From the NCBI GenBank assembly GCA_024233865.1, contig JACKPA010000012.1, positions 64,001 to 128,000 of the forward strand: a stretch of DNA of 64,000 bases. Reading direction: 5' to 3'. Shown in pieces: positions 17,761 through 27,817 of the stretch. Position 1 is the stretch's first letter. Every line of letters begins with the position of its first letter. This DNA is from Leptospiraceae bacterium. GTDB taxonomy: Bacteria; Spirochaetota; Leptospiria; Leptospirales; Leptospiraceae. The notes below the pieces were generated by a model. That model did not search any database and had not been told where the DNA came from. It saw nothing but the letters and a program-made list of their open reading frames with translations. Made by a program: the position numbers and the translations under genes.

Positions 17761-20277
17761 ATGATAAAGAAGAATATTAGAATTAGCCATCCAGCAGATA
17801 TATTAATCAAACAAGTTGAGACAAAAGGAAAATATGATTTAGAAAATGGTAGTCTCAATCATTTTAGTTACGAATCTGCTTCTATCGAGATTTCAGCTAT
17901 TGCATTACAACTACAAGAAGATTCGGCTTTTAATTTAGTTCAATTTGAATTTATTGAAGGCGAAAAAGAGTTTTTACCGGAAATTTTTAGATTTGAGATT
18001 TCAAGAGACGGATTAGTTTGGGAACCTATTATTCAAGAGTATAAATACTCTAGTTTAAACAAAAATTTCTGCAAATGGAACTTTTCGTTGGTTCAAACAA
18101 ATTTTTTTAAATTGGTAATCAAACCAACAAGGAGAACCCAGAAGGGAGATTATAAAGTTTCATTCAAAAACTTCAAATTAAAAATATCCGGTATTGAGAA
18201 AATTATAGCCAGTTCTGAAAATGATAGGTATTGGGTAAAAGAAAACCTTGTTGATGGCAGAAAAGATTATGGTTGGTCTTCTAAAGAAAAGAAACAATCT
18301 AGTGAAGAGTTTGTTTTATTTGATTTGGGTTCTATTAATAAAATTGAGGAATTTCGCCTTTTAACTAAAAACGAATCCGAAACGAATTTTCCTGAAAATT
18401 TCGTTGTTTATTATAGCGAAGATGATTTGTCTTGGTTTCAATTGCTAGATGAACCTCACTTTCTCTCTGAGCCTGCAACTTGGTACTCATGGAAGTTTTT
18501 ACCTATAAATATGAGGTTTATGAAAATTGTATGTTTATGCGAAAATTTAAATTCCCAAGGTTTGTATGTAAGCCAGTTTGTTGAAGTTGAGATATATGCT
18601 TCTACTGATGAAATTAGTTTTTCTGGGAAAATTAATAGTTTGGATCCCCCCCCCTACTCTTCTATAATTAGGTCTGGTTTGGTTCGCCTTGCCGGTAATG
18701 GTGAATCAAGAGAAGGAGTTGTCGTCCAGGGTAATGATAGAAGACTAATGGATGCTACAATTGAGTTTAAAGGAATTGTAGAATTAGCCAGCGATGGCGA
18801 AGATAGAGAAGGAGTTGTCGTCCAGGGTAATGATAGAAGGTTAAAAATTGCTACTGAAAATAATTATGGTTTGGCAAAATTAGCTAAAAATAGAGAATGT
18901 AGAACGGGGATTGTTGTTCAAAGTGATGATGATAGACTAAGAACCGCAACTACGGAATATTCTGGGATTGTGGAATTGGCTGAGGACGGGGAAACTAGAC
19001 CTGGAACTGTTGTTCAAGGTAACGATAGCCGTTTGAAAAAAGCAACTACAAAAGATTACGGGTTAACTGTAATGGCTGAATTAGGTTCTGATTTACCTGG
19101 AAGAGTTATTACCGCTGATGATCCAAGAATTAAAAAAGCTACCACCACAAAAGAAGGAATTTTAAGATTTGCTCACAATGGCGAAAGTGAAGGATTATGT
19201 GCTGTTCAAGGCAGTGATAAAAGGTTAAAAGAAGCAACTACCGAAAGTTTTGGAATTGTGAAACTAGCTCACTCCGGAGAAGGAAATGAAGGAAAGGTCA
19301 TTCAAGGCAATGATAAAAGGTTAAAGGAAGCCACTGAAACTGAACCCGGCATTGTATCATTTGCCAAACATGATTCTAATGTAGCCAACAAAGCAGTACA
19401 AGCAAACGATCCAAGACTATATGATTCTAGAGAAGCGAAACCGCATACGCATGATTATGCTCCAAAAGTTCATGACTATAATTCTCATACCGGACTGATT
19501 CGCCTAAAAGGAGAAGTTCAGTCTCAGTTTAAACATATCGTTGTTCCACCTCAGAATCATGGAGTGATATACGGGAAAAATGAAGCAACATCGGGAGCTG
19601 GAATTGTTGGAGTAGGTGAAGATGAAGGGGTTTTAGGTTATTCTAATGATTATGGAGTTGTTGGCTATTCAGGAAGTTCAAAAGAAGATTCGGCTGGTAT
19701 ATGTGGGTTTGCTAAAAAAGGATTCGGAGGGGAATTTACTTCCCAGTCTTCTTATGCTTTATGCGCTAATGGTAAGGGAGTAAAGAAAAAAGATATATCC
19801 GGTTCCGGAAAAGCTGTATTGGCATTGGGAAACTCTGAATTTCATGGAATGATTAAAATTGAAGATGACAATGCTTCTCATTGTATTGCTGCATGTTTTA
19901 CTTTGCTTCAGAATGAAATTATCTCGGAAGGAGACATTATCGTTATTGGCGAAAAAGATGGTAAAATAGCAAAATCAAAAACAGCGTATTCTACTAGAGT
20001 TATTGGAGTTGCAGTTTCTTCAATGTCGATACAGCTAGGACGGGATAAAACAAAATCGGAAGATGTGTTAGTTGCTCTTTATGGCATGGTAAAAATTAAT
20101 GTAGATGCTTCCGATGGTGCTATTCATTTTGGTGATTTACTTGTTTCTGGTCTAACCAGTGGTCATGCAGTAAAAGCTGATACCAATAAACTAAAGCCAG
20201 GAATGATTGTTGCAAAGGCTTTAGGTGAATGTAAGAAAGATAGATTACTTATTCCAGCTATTCTAACTATTCAATAA
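17761..20277 (+). CDS. Phage-tail-fibre-like repeat protein with two N-terminal discoidin (F5/8 type C)-like domains
   Basis: ~9 tandem ~28-aa repeats (GIVELAxDGExRxGxVVQGNDxRLKxATT) resemble the tail-fibre 'GxVxLAT-xE-xxGTD' repeat. The protein also has a Gly-rich segment and a C-terminal beta-rich domain. A C9 homopolymer in-frame at 18646-18654 encodes PPP. Confidence 0.6.
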   Translation: MIKKNIRISHPADILIKQVETKGKYDLENGSLNHFSYESASIEISAIALQLQEDSAFNLVQFEFIEGEKEFLPEIFRFEISRDGLVWEPIIQEYKYSSLNKNFCKWNFSLVQTNFFKLVIKPTRRTQKGDYKVSFKNFKLKISGIEKIIASSENDRYWVKENLVDGRKDYGWSSKEKKQSSEEFVLFDLGSINKIEEFRLLTKNESETNFPENFVVYYSEDDLSWFQLLDEPHFLSEPATWYSWKFLPINMRFMKIVCLCENLNSQGLYVSQFVEVEIYASTDEISFSGKINSLDPPPYSSIIRSGLVRLAGNGESREGVVVQGNDRRLMDATIEFKGIVELASDGEDREGVVVQGNDRRLKIATENNYGLAKLAKNRECRTGIVVQSDDDRLRTATTEYSGIVELAEDGETRPGTVVQGNDSRLKKATTKDYGLTVMAELGSDLPGRVITADDPRIKKATTTKEGILRFAHNGESEGLCAVQGSDKRLKEATTESFGIVKLAHSGEGNEGKVIQGNDKRLKEATETEPGIVSFAKHDSNVANKAVQANDPRLYDSREAKPHTHDYAPKVHDYNSHTGLIRLKGEVQSQFKHIVVPPQNHGVIYGKNEATSGAGIVGVGEDEGVLGYSNDYGVVGYSGSSKEDSAGICGFAKKGFGGEFTSQSSYALCANGKGVKKKDISGSGKAVLALGNSEFHGMIKIEDDNASHCIAACFTLLQNEIISEGDIIVIGEKDGKIAKSKTAYSTRVIGVAVSSMSIQLGRDKTKSEDVLVALYGMVKINVDASDGAIHFGDLLVSGLTSGHAVKADTNKLKPGMIVAKALGECKKDRLLIPAILTIQ
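18700..19330 (+). repeat. Coding tandem repeats (~84 bp x ~9) of the tail-fibre-like protein
   Basis: Reiterated ..GTTGTTCAAGG(T/C)AATGAT(A/G)GA.G..TAAAA.. blocks encode VVQGNDRRLK units. Confidence 0.6.
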
Positions 20278-20290
20278 GGGGAGTATTTTT

Positions 20291-21160
20291 TTGAGTAAAA
20301 TTATTGATATTTATTTAAAATCCAATAAACCGGTTTTTTCTTTTGAATTTTTTCCTCCTAAAACAGTAGAAGGTGAAGAAAAATTATTTTTAACAATAGA
20401 GAATTTAAGCCAATTAAATCCTTCTTTTGTGTCCGTTACTTATGGTGCCGGAGGGACAACTCGAACTAAAACGGTTGAGATTTCACGAAAAATTCAAGAT
20501 GATTTTAAAATTGAAACTATGTGCCATTTTACTTGTGTAGGTGTGGATAGTAATCAAATCAAAGAAACTTTAGATTCAATCCATAATTTTGGTATTAAGA
20601 ATCTTATGGCTTTGAGAGGTGATCCTCCTAAAGGTGAAGGGAAATTTACTAAAACTAAGGGAGGGTTTGAAAATGCTACGGAGCTGATTTCATTTATTAA
20701 AAGTGAAGGCTATTCTTTTTGCTTGGGTGGAGGCTGTTATCCGGAAAAGCACCCTGATGCTCCAACCCTTGAAATAGATATTCAAAACCTTAAACATAAG
20801 GTAGATGCGGGAGCTGATTTTTTGATTACTCAATTGTTTTTTAAAAATAGTGTATTTTTTGATTTCTTAGAAAATACAAAAAAAACCGGGATCAACAAAC
20901 CTATTATTCCTGGAATTATGCCTATCACAAACTTTAACCAAATAGCAAGGTTTAAAGAAATGGCAGGTTGTGAAATACCAGAATCATTAGTTACTGAATT
21001 GGAAGCCTTAAAAGACGATCCAATCGAATTTCAAAAAAAGAGTTTAGCATATACTACCGGACAGTGTAAAGAATTGTTACAAAATGGAGTTTTCGGTATT
21101 CATTTCTATACGTTAAATCAATCTCGAGCTACTTTTGAAATTATGAAAAAACTAATTTGA
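20291..21160 (+). CDS. metF: 5,10-methylenetetrahydrofolate reductase
   Basis: SVTYGAGGTTR and MALRGDPP motifs; 289 aa. Confidence 0.85.
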   Translation: MSKIIDIYLKSNKPVFSFEFFPPKTVEGEEKLFLTIENLSQLNPSFVSVTYGAGGTTRTKTVEISRKIQDDFKIETMCHFTCVGVDSNQIKETLDSIHNFGIKNLMALRGDPPKGEGKFTKTKGGFENATELISFIKSEGYSFCLGGGCYPEKHPDAPTLEIDIQNLKHKVDAGADFLITQLFFKNSVFFDFLENTKKTGINKPIIPGIMPITNFNQIARFKEMAGCEIPESLVTELEALKDDPIEFQKKSLAYTTGQCKELLQNGVFGIHFYTLNQSRATFEIMKKLI

Positions 21161-21169
21161 GGGTTTGAT

Positions 21170-21790
21170 ATGTTGTATATAAAATTTGTTGTTATGGTTG
21201 TTTTGGCAAGTATGATTTTACTTTGTTCACAAACCAAACCTCAAGTTCAGGATGAACCAATGCCGAAGCATCCTCAACCGGAAATAAAAAAAGAGAACAA
21301 TAAAATAGAGATAAAGCCGGAAACTCCAAATAGAAGTCTAAACAGAACATCTGTCTGGAATTACGAAGGATGGGGAAATAATCCTGAAGATTATTTAAAA
21401 GGAGAGGATATGTTTTCTGTTGAATCGGGAGACTATTACTATAAAAAAGTTATTGGCTCAGCATCTCATAGAGCCATTGAATTAAACTCTCCTTCTTATA
21501 TGCAATCAACTTGTAAAATAAATGCTGGTAAGCAAAACCATAATTCTATTTTAGAATCTATGTACAATTCTGTTCTTGTAGATCGGATAAATGAGAAAAA
21601 AAATGAGAATATTAAGCAATTAGTCGAATTATCAAGTGATATACGAGTGGAACCTTTGTTGTGTAGAGCAATTGGAAAGGGAGCAACCTTTACACAATGT
21701 GAATGTGTAGTTTACATTCAATATAAGGGTGGAAAAGAAGAGGCATACAAAGACATTCAAAGGAGATTGGAAGTTGGTGTAGATGAATGA
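21170..21790 (+). CDS. Secreted/lipoprotein hypothetical; first gene of the helicase cluster
   Basis: Signal peptide (MVVLASMILLCSQ). Stop overlaps the next start by 4 bp (ATGA). Confidence 0.4.
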   Translation: MLYIKFVVMVVLASMILLCSQTKPQVQDEPMPKHPQPEIKKENNKIEIKPETPNRSLNRTSVWNYEGWGNNPEDYLKGEDMFSVESGDYYYKKVIGSASHRAIELNSPSYMQSTCKINAGKQNHNSILESMYNSVLVDRINEKKNENIKQLVELSSDIRVEPLLCRAIGKGATFTQCECVVYIQYKGGKEEAYKDIQRRLEVGVDE

Positions 21791-24237
21791 ATAAGTCAAG
21801 TTTATTGGAAACTTTTATCCAAGAAAAATTCTCAAGGGAATTGCTTTCGCACAAGAAAATTGCTTCTTCTGAAGGAAGTTTTTCCCCCCTACCCTATTCT
21901 TTGAACCCTATTTTACAAAAAACTCTAATAGAATCCGGCTACAGTCAACTGTACTCTCATCAATTGGCTGCTTTTGATTCTATCTCTCAAAAAAAAAATG
22001 TGGTATTAGTAACCAATACGGCAAGTGGAAAGACTCTATCTTTTTTATTGCCTTTGCTTAATGATTATTCCAATGCAAAAACACCATTTACGTCTATTCT
22101 TATGTACCCTACAAAAGCGTTATCAAGAGATCAAGAAAATACCCTAAGAAAATTGGTTGAAAGTGTATGCGAACAAAACAAAATTGGTACTTACGACGGT
22201 GATACTCCCCAAGAAGAAAGGACTAATATATTAAAAAAAGCCGATTTTTTGATTACCAATCCGGATATGTTACATTCCGGAATTTTACCAAACCACAATC
22301 GAAAATGGAAAGGTTTTTTATCTAGATTACGATATGTCGTGGTGGATGAAGTTCATTCATATCGTGGAGCTTTTGGTTCTCATGTTGCCAATGTTTTTAG
22401 ACGATTGTTACGTTTATGTGAATTGCATGGCTCAAAACCGGTTTTGATTGCTTGCTCAGCTACTATCGGAAATCCGAAGGAACATGTAGAGATGTTATTC
22501 CAGAGAGAGTTTTATCTTATAGACAAAGATGGTTCTCCGAAAGCTGGAAGAAATTTATACTTTATGAATCCTCCTATGGTTAAAAATTCAATAGATACAT
22601 TACATCGGAAGGGAGCTAATTCCATAGCCATACCTATCTTAAGATTTGCAACGGAAAAGGGAATAAGGACAATTTGTTTCTGTCGTTCCAGACAAGAAGT
22701 CGAAAGGCTTTATAGAGCGACAATTGACGGACACTGGTATATCGCTGAAAAGATTAAACCGTATCGTGGAGGACTTTTACCTAATGAACGGAGGCAGCTA
22801 GAGAAGGATTTATTTTCTGGTAAAATCAATACTATTATAGCAACAAATGCTCTCGAACTTGGGATTGATATAGGAAATATGGTACTTTGTGTTTTATCCG
22901 GTTATCCAGGAACTGTATCTAGCTTTTGGCAGAGGGTTGGTAGAACTGGACGCAGTGGCGACAAATCCATTGCGGTTTATATAGCTAAAGATTCGCCCAT
23001 TGATCAGTACATAGTGAATCACCCTGAATTTGTTACTCATGCTCCTATAGAGCAAGCATGGTTGAATGCTGATAATCCTTATATTCTATTGCAACATATT
23101 CCTTGTGCTGCCTATGAATATCCGATCGAGGTAAATGATAAAACTTTTTCAAAAGAAGTCCATCGAATTGCCATTGATGTTTTAAACAAAAATAAGACTT
23201 TATCCCAGTACAACAACTATTATAGATACGCTTTAGAAGACTTTCCTTCCAAAGGAGTTAATTTGAGGGGTATGACGGACTATAATATTCAAATTTCTTG
23301 TGAAGGAGAGATTATTGGTGAAATTGACCCTATTGGGGCGATGGATACACTCTATAAAGATGCAATCTATCAGCATTTGGGAACTCGGTATATGTCTTTG
23401 GATTTGGATATGGAAAAGAAGTTATGCCAAGTGAGTAAGGTTTCCATAGACTATTATACGGAATCTGTTTGGGAATCTATGATAAACATGTTGGATTGCT
23501 TGGAATCCAAAGAAATCAATGGAAGTTTTGTTAATCTTGGATATGTACAAGTCAATCGACAGCCCAAATTGTACAAAAAAATAAAAGAAAGAACTTATGA
23601 AAATATTGGTTACGGACCAATTACTCTCAAACCGTTTTTGTATGAAACTATGGGTTTTTGTATATTTCCACCTAAAACTTGGCTGGAAGCTATGGAAAAA
23701 ACGGACATTCGATTTATTGAATCCGGTTTGTTCGGGCTAAGCTATATTCTAAAAAAAACAGCACCTATTGTGTGTATGGGAGATATAGGAGATATTCAAA
23801 CGGATGTTTCTCTAGAGGATTTTACAAAGGTAGGTTGGAAAAGTTCTTTATTTTTGTTTGATTCTCATGAGGGAGGAGTTGGTTATTCAGAGAAGGTTTA
23901 TGAAAAGCTATCGGAAACTTTAGTATTATGTGAGCAAATTATTATAGAGTGTAGTTGCGGTGTCGGATGTCCGTCTTGTGTTCCACCTCTTCTGCCAGGA
24001 ATTGAGAACAAAGAGTTGGAAAGCTTTTTAGTGGAAACAAATGTTGCAGTAGAATCAACAAGAAGTCTGCTCATTATGTTGATTTATGGTAAATTGTATA
24101 CCCCAAAAGTCAAAGTTTTGGAAACAAAGCTGAAGTCTGCTCATACTACAGAAAAAGACTTGGAAAGAGAAAAGATGGAAAAACAACTGAATCGAGCGGC
24201 AGACCTACTTTCCAAAAAAAGGGAAAAAATCCATTGA
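21787..24237 (+). CDS. MrfA/YprA-like DExH-box helicase with C-terminal DUF1998 (Zn-binding 4-Cys) domain
   Basis: Motif I TASGKT, motif II DEVH, motif III SAT, motif VI QRVGRTGR. C-terminal CSCGVGCPSC cluster. 816 aa. Confidence 0.8.
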   Translation: MNKSSLLETFIQEKFSRELLSHKKIASSEGSFSPLPYSLNPILQKTLIESGYSQLYSHQLAAFDSISQKKNVVLVTNTASGKTLSFLLPLLNDYSNAKTPFTSILMYPTKALSRDQENTLRKLVESVCEQNKIGTYDGDTPQEERTNILKKADFLITNPDMLHSGILPNHNRKWKGFLSRLRYVVVDEVHSYRGAFGSHVANVFRRLLRLCELHGSKPVLIACSATIGNPKEHVEMLFQREFYLIDKDGSPKAGRNLYFMNPPMVKNSIDTLHRKGANSIAIPILRFATEKGIRTICFCRSRQEVERLYRATIDGHWYIAEKIKPYRGGLLPNERRQLEKDLFSGKINTIIATNALELGIDIGNMVLCVLSGYPGTVSSFWQRVGRTGRSGDKSIAVYIAKDSPIDQYIVNHPEFVTHAPIEQAWLNADNPYILLQHIPCAAYEYPIEVNDKTFSKEVHRIAIDVLNKNKTLSQYNNYYRYALEDFPSKGVNLRGMTDYNIQISCEGEIIGEIDPIGAMDTLYKDAIYQHLGTRYMSLDLDMEKKLCQVSKVSIDYYTESVWESMINMLDCLESKEINGSFVNLGYVQVNRQPKLYKKIKERTYENIGYGPITLKPFLYETMGFCIFPPKTWLEAMEKTDIRFIESGLFGLSYILKKTAPIVCMGDIGDIQTDVSLEDFTKVGWKSSLFLFDSHEGGVGYSEKVYEKLSETLVLCEQIIIECSCGVGCPSCVPPLLPGIENKELESFLVETNVAVESTRSLLIMLIYGKLYTPKVKVLETKLKSAHTTEKDLEREKMEKQLNRAADLLSKKREKIH

Positions 24238-25004
24238 TAGAAGAAGCGTTCTTGCATTTTAAGAGAGTTGGAAAAAAGACTCTTGAAAGGTTAAAAGGAT
24301 ATGGAATCCAAAATTGGTATGACGTATTAAAACTACAAAATACAAATGTTATTTCCAAGAATTTGGTTAACAGCTTGGTTGAAGAGATTCATTTTTATTT
24401 GGATGTATTAGAAACAGAAAATATATCGTGTTTAGTGAACAATTTTAAAGGAGAGGATAAGTGGAGAATACTGGGACGTTACTTCGATAGATTATCTTAC
24501 TTTGATATAGAAACGGATGGACTTGGATATGATAGCAGGATTACCCTTATTGTTTGTTATCACAAAGGTCGCTTGTACGAATTTGTAAGACATGAGAATT
24601 TGGAAGGTTTTTTGGATTTATTAAATGATATTGAACTCCTTGTTTCCTTTAACGGACAATCTTTTGATGTTCCTTGGGTTCGCCATGCCTTTCATATTCC
24701 AGAATTACCATGTCCTCATATAGATTTGAGGTGGGTATGTAAAAAGATAGGTTTGGAAGGGGGACTCAAGAGTATAGAGTGGGATTTAGGAATACAAAGA
24801 CCCAGTGATTTGATTGGAGTTGGTGGATACGAAGCCGTTTTGCTTTGGGATAGGTGGGAAAGATGGAATGATGTGGAAGCAAAAAGAAAGTTGATTCGCT
24901 ATTGTTCTGCTGACGTTTTGTCTTTGCAGATTGTTACTGCCAAAGTTTTAAAACTACAAGGTCTTGAAGTATATATAACAGAGGATGCTTTTCGCTTGTT
25001 ATGA
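24234..25004 (+). CDS. YprB/MrfB-like RNase-H-fold DEDD 3'-5' exonuclease
   Basis: Exo I YFDIETDGLG, Exo II FNGQSFDVPW, Exo III YCSADV. Start overlaps the helicase stop (ATGA). Confidence 0.65.
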   Translation: MIEEAFLHFKRVGKKTLERLKGYGIQNWYDVLKLQNTNVISKNLVNSLVEEIHFYLDVLETENISCLVNNFKGEDKWRILGRYFDRLSYFDIETDGLGYDSRITLIVCYHKGRLYEFVRHENLEGFLDLLNDIELLVSFNGQSFDVPWVRHAFHIPELPCPHIDLRWVCKKIGLEGGLKSIEWDLGIQRPSDLIGVGGYEAVLLWDRWERWNDVEAKRKLIRYCSADVLSLQIVTAKVLKLQGLEVYITEDAFRLL

Positions 25005-25768
25005 AAACAGTTATACTAACAATTCAAAATATATATGAATATATCGAAAAATTAGGACCCGGTAAGTCCATTCGAATTTTACAAGGTCTTGGTTATGGGA
25101 AAATTGCTCAATTATTGGAGAAAATACCAAAGGATCGATTGCTAAATTTATCCCATAGATTGTCTGATGAGAAAATTATTGAATTGATAAAACAAATTCC
25201 CGAAAAGCATTTGCTTGAATTGATCGAGCAAAATTCGGATGATGATCTGGATTATTTTATACATAATGTTCCCATAGACGATATTAAAAAATTGGCTATA
25301 TCACTCTCCCCTACTGAGCTAAAATATTTCTCTTCGGAATTAGGAAATGAAAAATCCGTATCTATTCTAAAAAGTGTTGGAATTGAGAAGTCTATAGAGT
25401 TAATTCATTATGTGAAAGCAGAAAAAGTTGTTTGGTTGGTAAATTCAATTGAAATAAATAATTTCTTGAAACTATTAGAATACTTAAGTGTGAGTCAATG
25501 CAAAAAATGGATCCGAAAACGCGGGATCGAAGAAATTCCTTATCTGGTTCATTCTTTAACAATCCAAAATATGATACAATTTATAAAAACAATAGGATTT
25601 GAAAAAAGTTTGAAAATCATCGAACTTTTGGGAGCTGATAAACTGATTGATTTGACACAAACGATTTCTTCCATGAAGTTTCCTAAAATGAATTTGGAAT
25701 ATACACCTCCGGTTTCTAAAAAAAAGAGAAGAATCCCCAAAAAGAAGCCGGTTACCAAGAAAAAATAA
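25001..25768 (+). CDS. Triple helix-hairpin-helix (HhH) DNA-binding protein with poly-Lys/Arg tail
   Basis: Three ~45-aa repeats each carry an HhH-like h-x-G-h-G-K-h motif (ILQGLGYGKIAQLL, LKSVGIEKSIELI, IKTIGFEKSLKII). C-terminus is KKKRRIPKKKPVTKKK. Translationally coupled to the exonuclease gene. Confidence 0.45.
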   Translation: MKTVILTIQNIYEYIEKLGPGKSIRILQGLGYGKIAQLLEKIPKDRLLNLSHRLSDEKIIELIKQIPEKHLLELIEQNSDDDLDYFIHNVPIDDIKKLAISLSPTELKYFSSELGNEKSVSILKSVGIEKSIELIHYVKAEKVVWLVNSIEINNFLKLLEYLSVSQCKKWIRKRGIEEIPYLVHSLTIQNMIQFIKTIGFEKSLKIIELLGADKLIDLTQTISSMKFPKMNLEYTPPVSKKKRRIPKKKPVTKKK

Positions 25769-25812
25769 GTGGAATGAAATATTTCTTGTAAATCTTACTT
25801 TTTAAGTAATAA

Positions 25813-27291
25813 TTACAAAATATGTGGTTGATGATACAAACTCAATGCTTTTTCTTTTTGTTTTTCATGCTCCACAATAGGCTTAGGGTACAATTTGTGA
25901 TCCAAGATTGGCTGGTGTAATTTGTTTGATTCCACATCTTTTAATTCCGGTACGTACTTGCGAATGTAGTCACCATTCGGATCAAACTTTTTACTCTGCA
26001 ACCAAGGGTTAAAGATTCGGAAATAGGGTTGCGGATCACATCCAGTAGAAGCTGCCCATTGCCAACCACCATTATTGGGAGCTAAATCTCCATCCAAGAG
26101 TTGTTCCATAAAATATTTCTCTCCCCACCTCCAATCGATCAAAAGGTCTTTGGTTAAAAATGATGCTACAATCATCCTCACTCGATTGTGCATCCATCCA
26201 GTCGTTTTTAACTCTCTCATACCGGCATCTACTATCGGAAAGCCGGTTAATCCATCCTTCCATACCGCAAACCATTTGGGATTGTTTTCCCATTGTATAT
26301 TTTTATATTTTAATAGAAAGCTTTCTGTTTCTACATAAGGATGTCGATATAAAATATGGTAGTAGAATTCTCTCCATATCAATTCGCTAAAGAACTTATC
26401 TCTTGGGCTATCCGGTTTTTTGTAAGGAGTTAAGCCAAAAAAGGCAATAATCTGGGAAACGGTGAGAGAGCCGTTTTTTAAAAACTGGGCAAAATGAGAA
26501 GTTCCATTAAGGAAAGGTATATCTCTACTTTTACTATAATTGCCAATCTTTTTTTGAAATGCCTTCATAAGCTCAAAGGCAACTGTAAATCCACTTTCTG
26601 GAATTGAGACCGTAACTTGTCTTTTGTTTTTTTGAGAATAGATTGCTAGATGATCAGGATAAGTTATAATATTGTGAAATAATTTATCCCAATTAATACA
26701 GAACGATTCTTTATGTTTGTCTATTTTAAAACTTTCTAATGCTTTTTTTTGAACTTCTATGCGTTTTTGAATTTTTTCAGTTTGGAAGATCTCAAGCCAT
26801 TTTTTTGAAAAAGGAGTATATATTTGATAACCATCTTTAGTTTTTTGATCTTTTATAAGTTCGTGTGGCTCAATTAGCAAATGGTCTCTTTCCGAATGAA
26901 TGTTTATTCCGTGTTTTTGAAACACGTTTGCTACTTGTTTATCCCTTTCGACTGCAAAAGGCTCATAATCTTTTCCCCAAGAAATGTATGTAGGAAGTGA
27001 GATTTCATGACTTTTGAGCTTGAAAAACAAATCAGAAAATGCATTTAAAGGGTCTTTGTCCAAAACCAGCAGGTCACTTCCGGCTGATTTTAAGTTTTTT
27101 TTTAGTTCGATTAGAGTCTCAATAAAAAATTGAAATCGGTTGATTGAAAAATCCGAGCGAGATAAAAATTTTTTATCAAAACAAAAAAATCCCAGAACAT
27201 TGCCATTGGTTTGATCCCGATTCCATTCCAAAGCATTATTACCCACTATTCGTAAATCCCTGCGAAACCAATGAATTCCATAATTTTCCAT
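25813..27291 (-). CDS. phr: Deoxyribodipyrimidine photolyase / cryptochrome family
   Basis: FAD-binding region WREFY...DGDLAPNNGGWQWAASTG. N-terminal alpha/beta domain. 492 aa. Confidence 0.85.
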   Translation of the reverse strand: MENYGIHWFRRDLRIVGNNALEWNRDQTNGNVLGFFCFDKKFLSRSDFSINRFQFFIETLIELKKNLKSAGSDLLVLDKDPLNAFSDLFFKLKSHEISLPTYISWGKDYEPFAVERDKQVANVFQKHGINIHSERDHLLIEPHELIKDQKTKDGYQIYTPFSKKWLEIFQTEKIQKRIEVQKKALESFKIDKHKESFCINWDKLFHNIITYPDHLAIYSQKNKRQVTVSIPESGFTVAFELMKAFQKKIGNYSKSRDIPFLNGTSHFAQFLKNGSLTVSQIIAFFGLTPYKKPDSPRDKFFSELIWREFYYHILYRHPYVETESFLLKYKNIQWENNPKWFAVWKDGLTGFPIVDAGMRELKTTGWMHNRVRMIVASFLTKDLLIDWRWGEKYFMEQLLDGDLAPNNGGWQWAASTGCDPQPYFRIFNPWLQSKKFDPNGDYIRKYVPELKDVESNKLHQPILDHKLYPKPIVEHEKQKEKALSLYHQPHIL

Positions 27292-27319
27292 AAAACTGTC
27301 CGTTATTTCTCATTTTCCC

Positions 27320-27817
27320 TTGCATTTATTTCCGTATAAAATAGCATTATTACAAGAAATTTTAATTTTCAAGGAGAAAAAATCAATGAAAATATATATT
27401 CTTATATTATTAGTTATTCTATCCCACCTAACAATTGGCAGCTTAGTTGCTCAAGTCCAACAAAAAGAATCGTTTGAATTACCACAAAGACCCAGAATTC
27501 GTTACAAAACAATTGATAAAAAACCAATTCGGTTGGAAGGGGTAGTTAAAAAAAAGATGTGGTCAAAATCTTTAAAAAGCTACTGTGCACAAGGTAGTGA
27601 TTATATCGTTCTTCAAACCAAAGACAAAGAATACGTTTTAGAGTTTAAAAATGATGAAATGAAAAGTAAATATAGTAATGGCAGAAAAAATGTAAAGCTG
27701 AAAGGGAAGAGAATGGTAAAAATCATTCCTACTTCAAAAAATCCAATGGAGCAACATCCCGTTAGTTATGGTGATAAAGATGAATTTAGCTGTGAAATAT
27801 TTAGGGTTCTTCCATGA
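27320..27817 (+). CDS. Secreted hypothetical protein
   Basis: Probable start at MKIYILILLVILSHL (~27383) with an upstream GGAG. Stop overlaps the next gene. Confidence 0.4.
   Translation: MHLFPYKIALLQEILIFKEKKSMKIYILILLVILSHLTIGSLVAQVQQKESFELPQRPRIRYKTIDKKPIRLEGVVKKKMWSKSLKSYCAQGSDYIVLQTKDKEYVLEFKNDEMKSKYSNGRKNVKLKGKRMVKIIPTSKNPMEQHPVSYGDKDEFSCEIFRVLP

Noticed and set aside
18700-19330. Regular ~84-bp tandem repeats that could be mistaken for a CRISPR-like array
   Set aside because: They are in-frame coding repeats of a single long ORF (tail-fibre repeat units). There are no spacer/repeat alternation and no cas genes.
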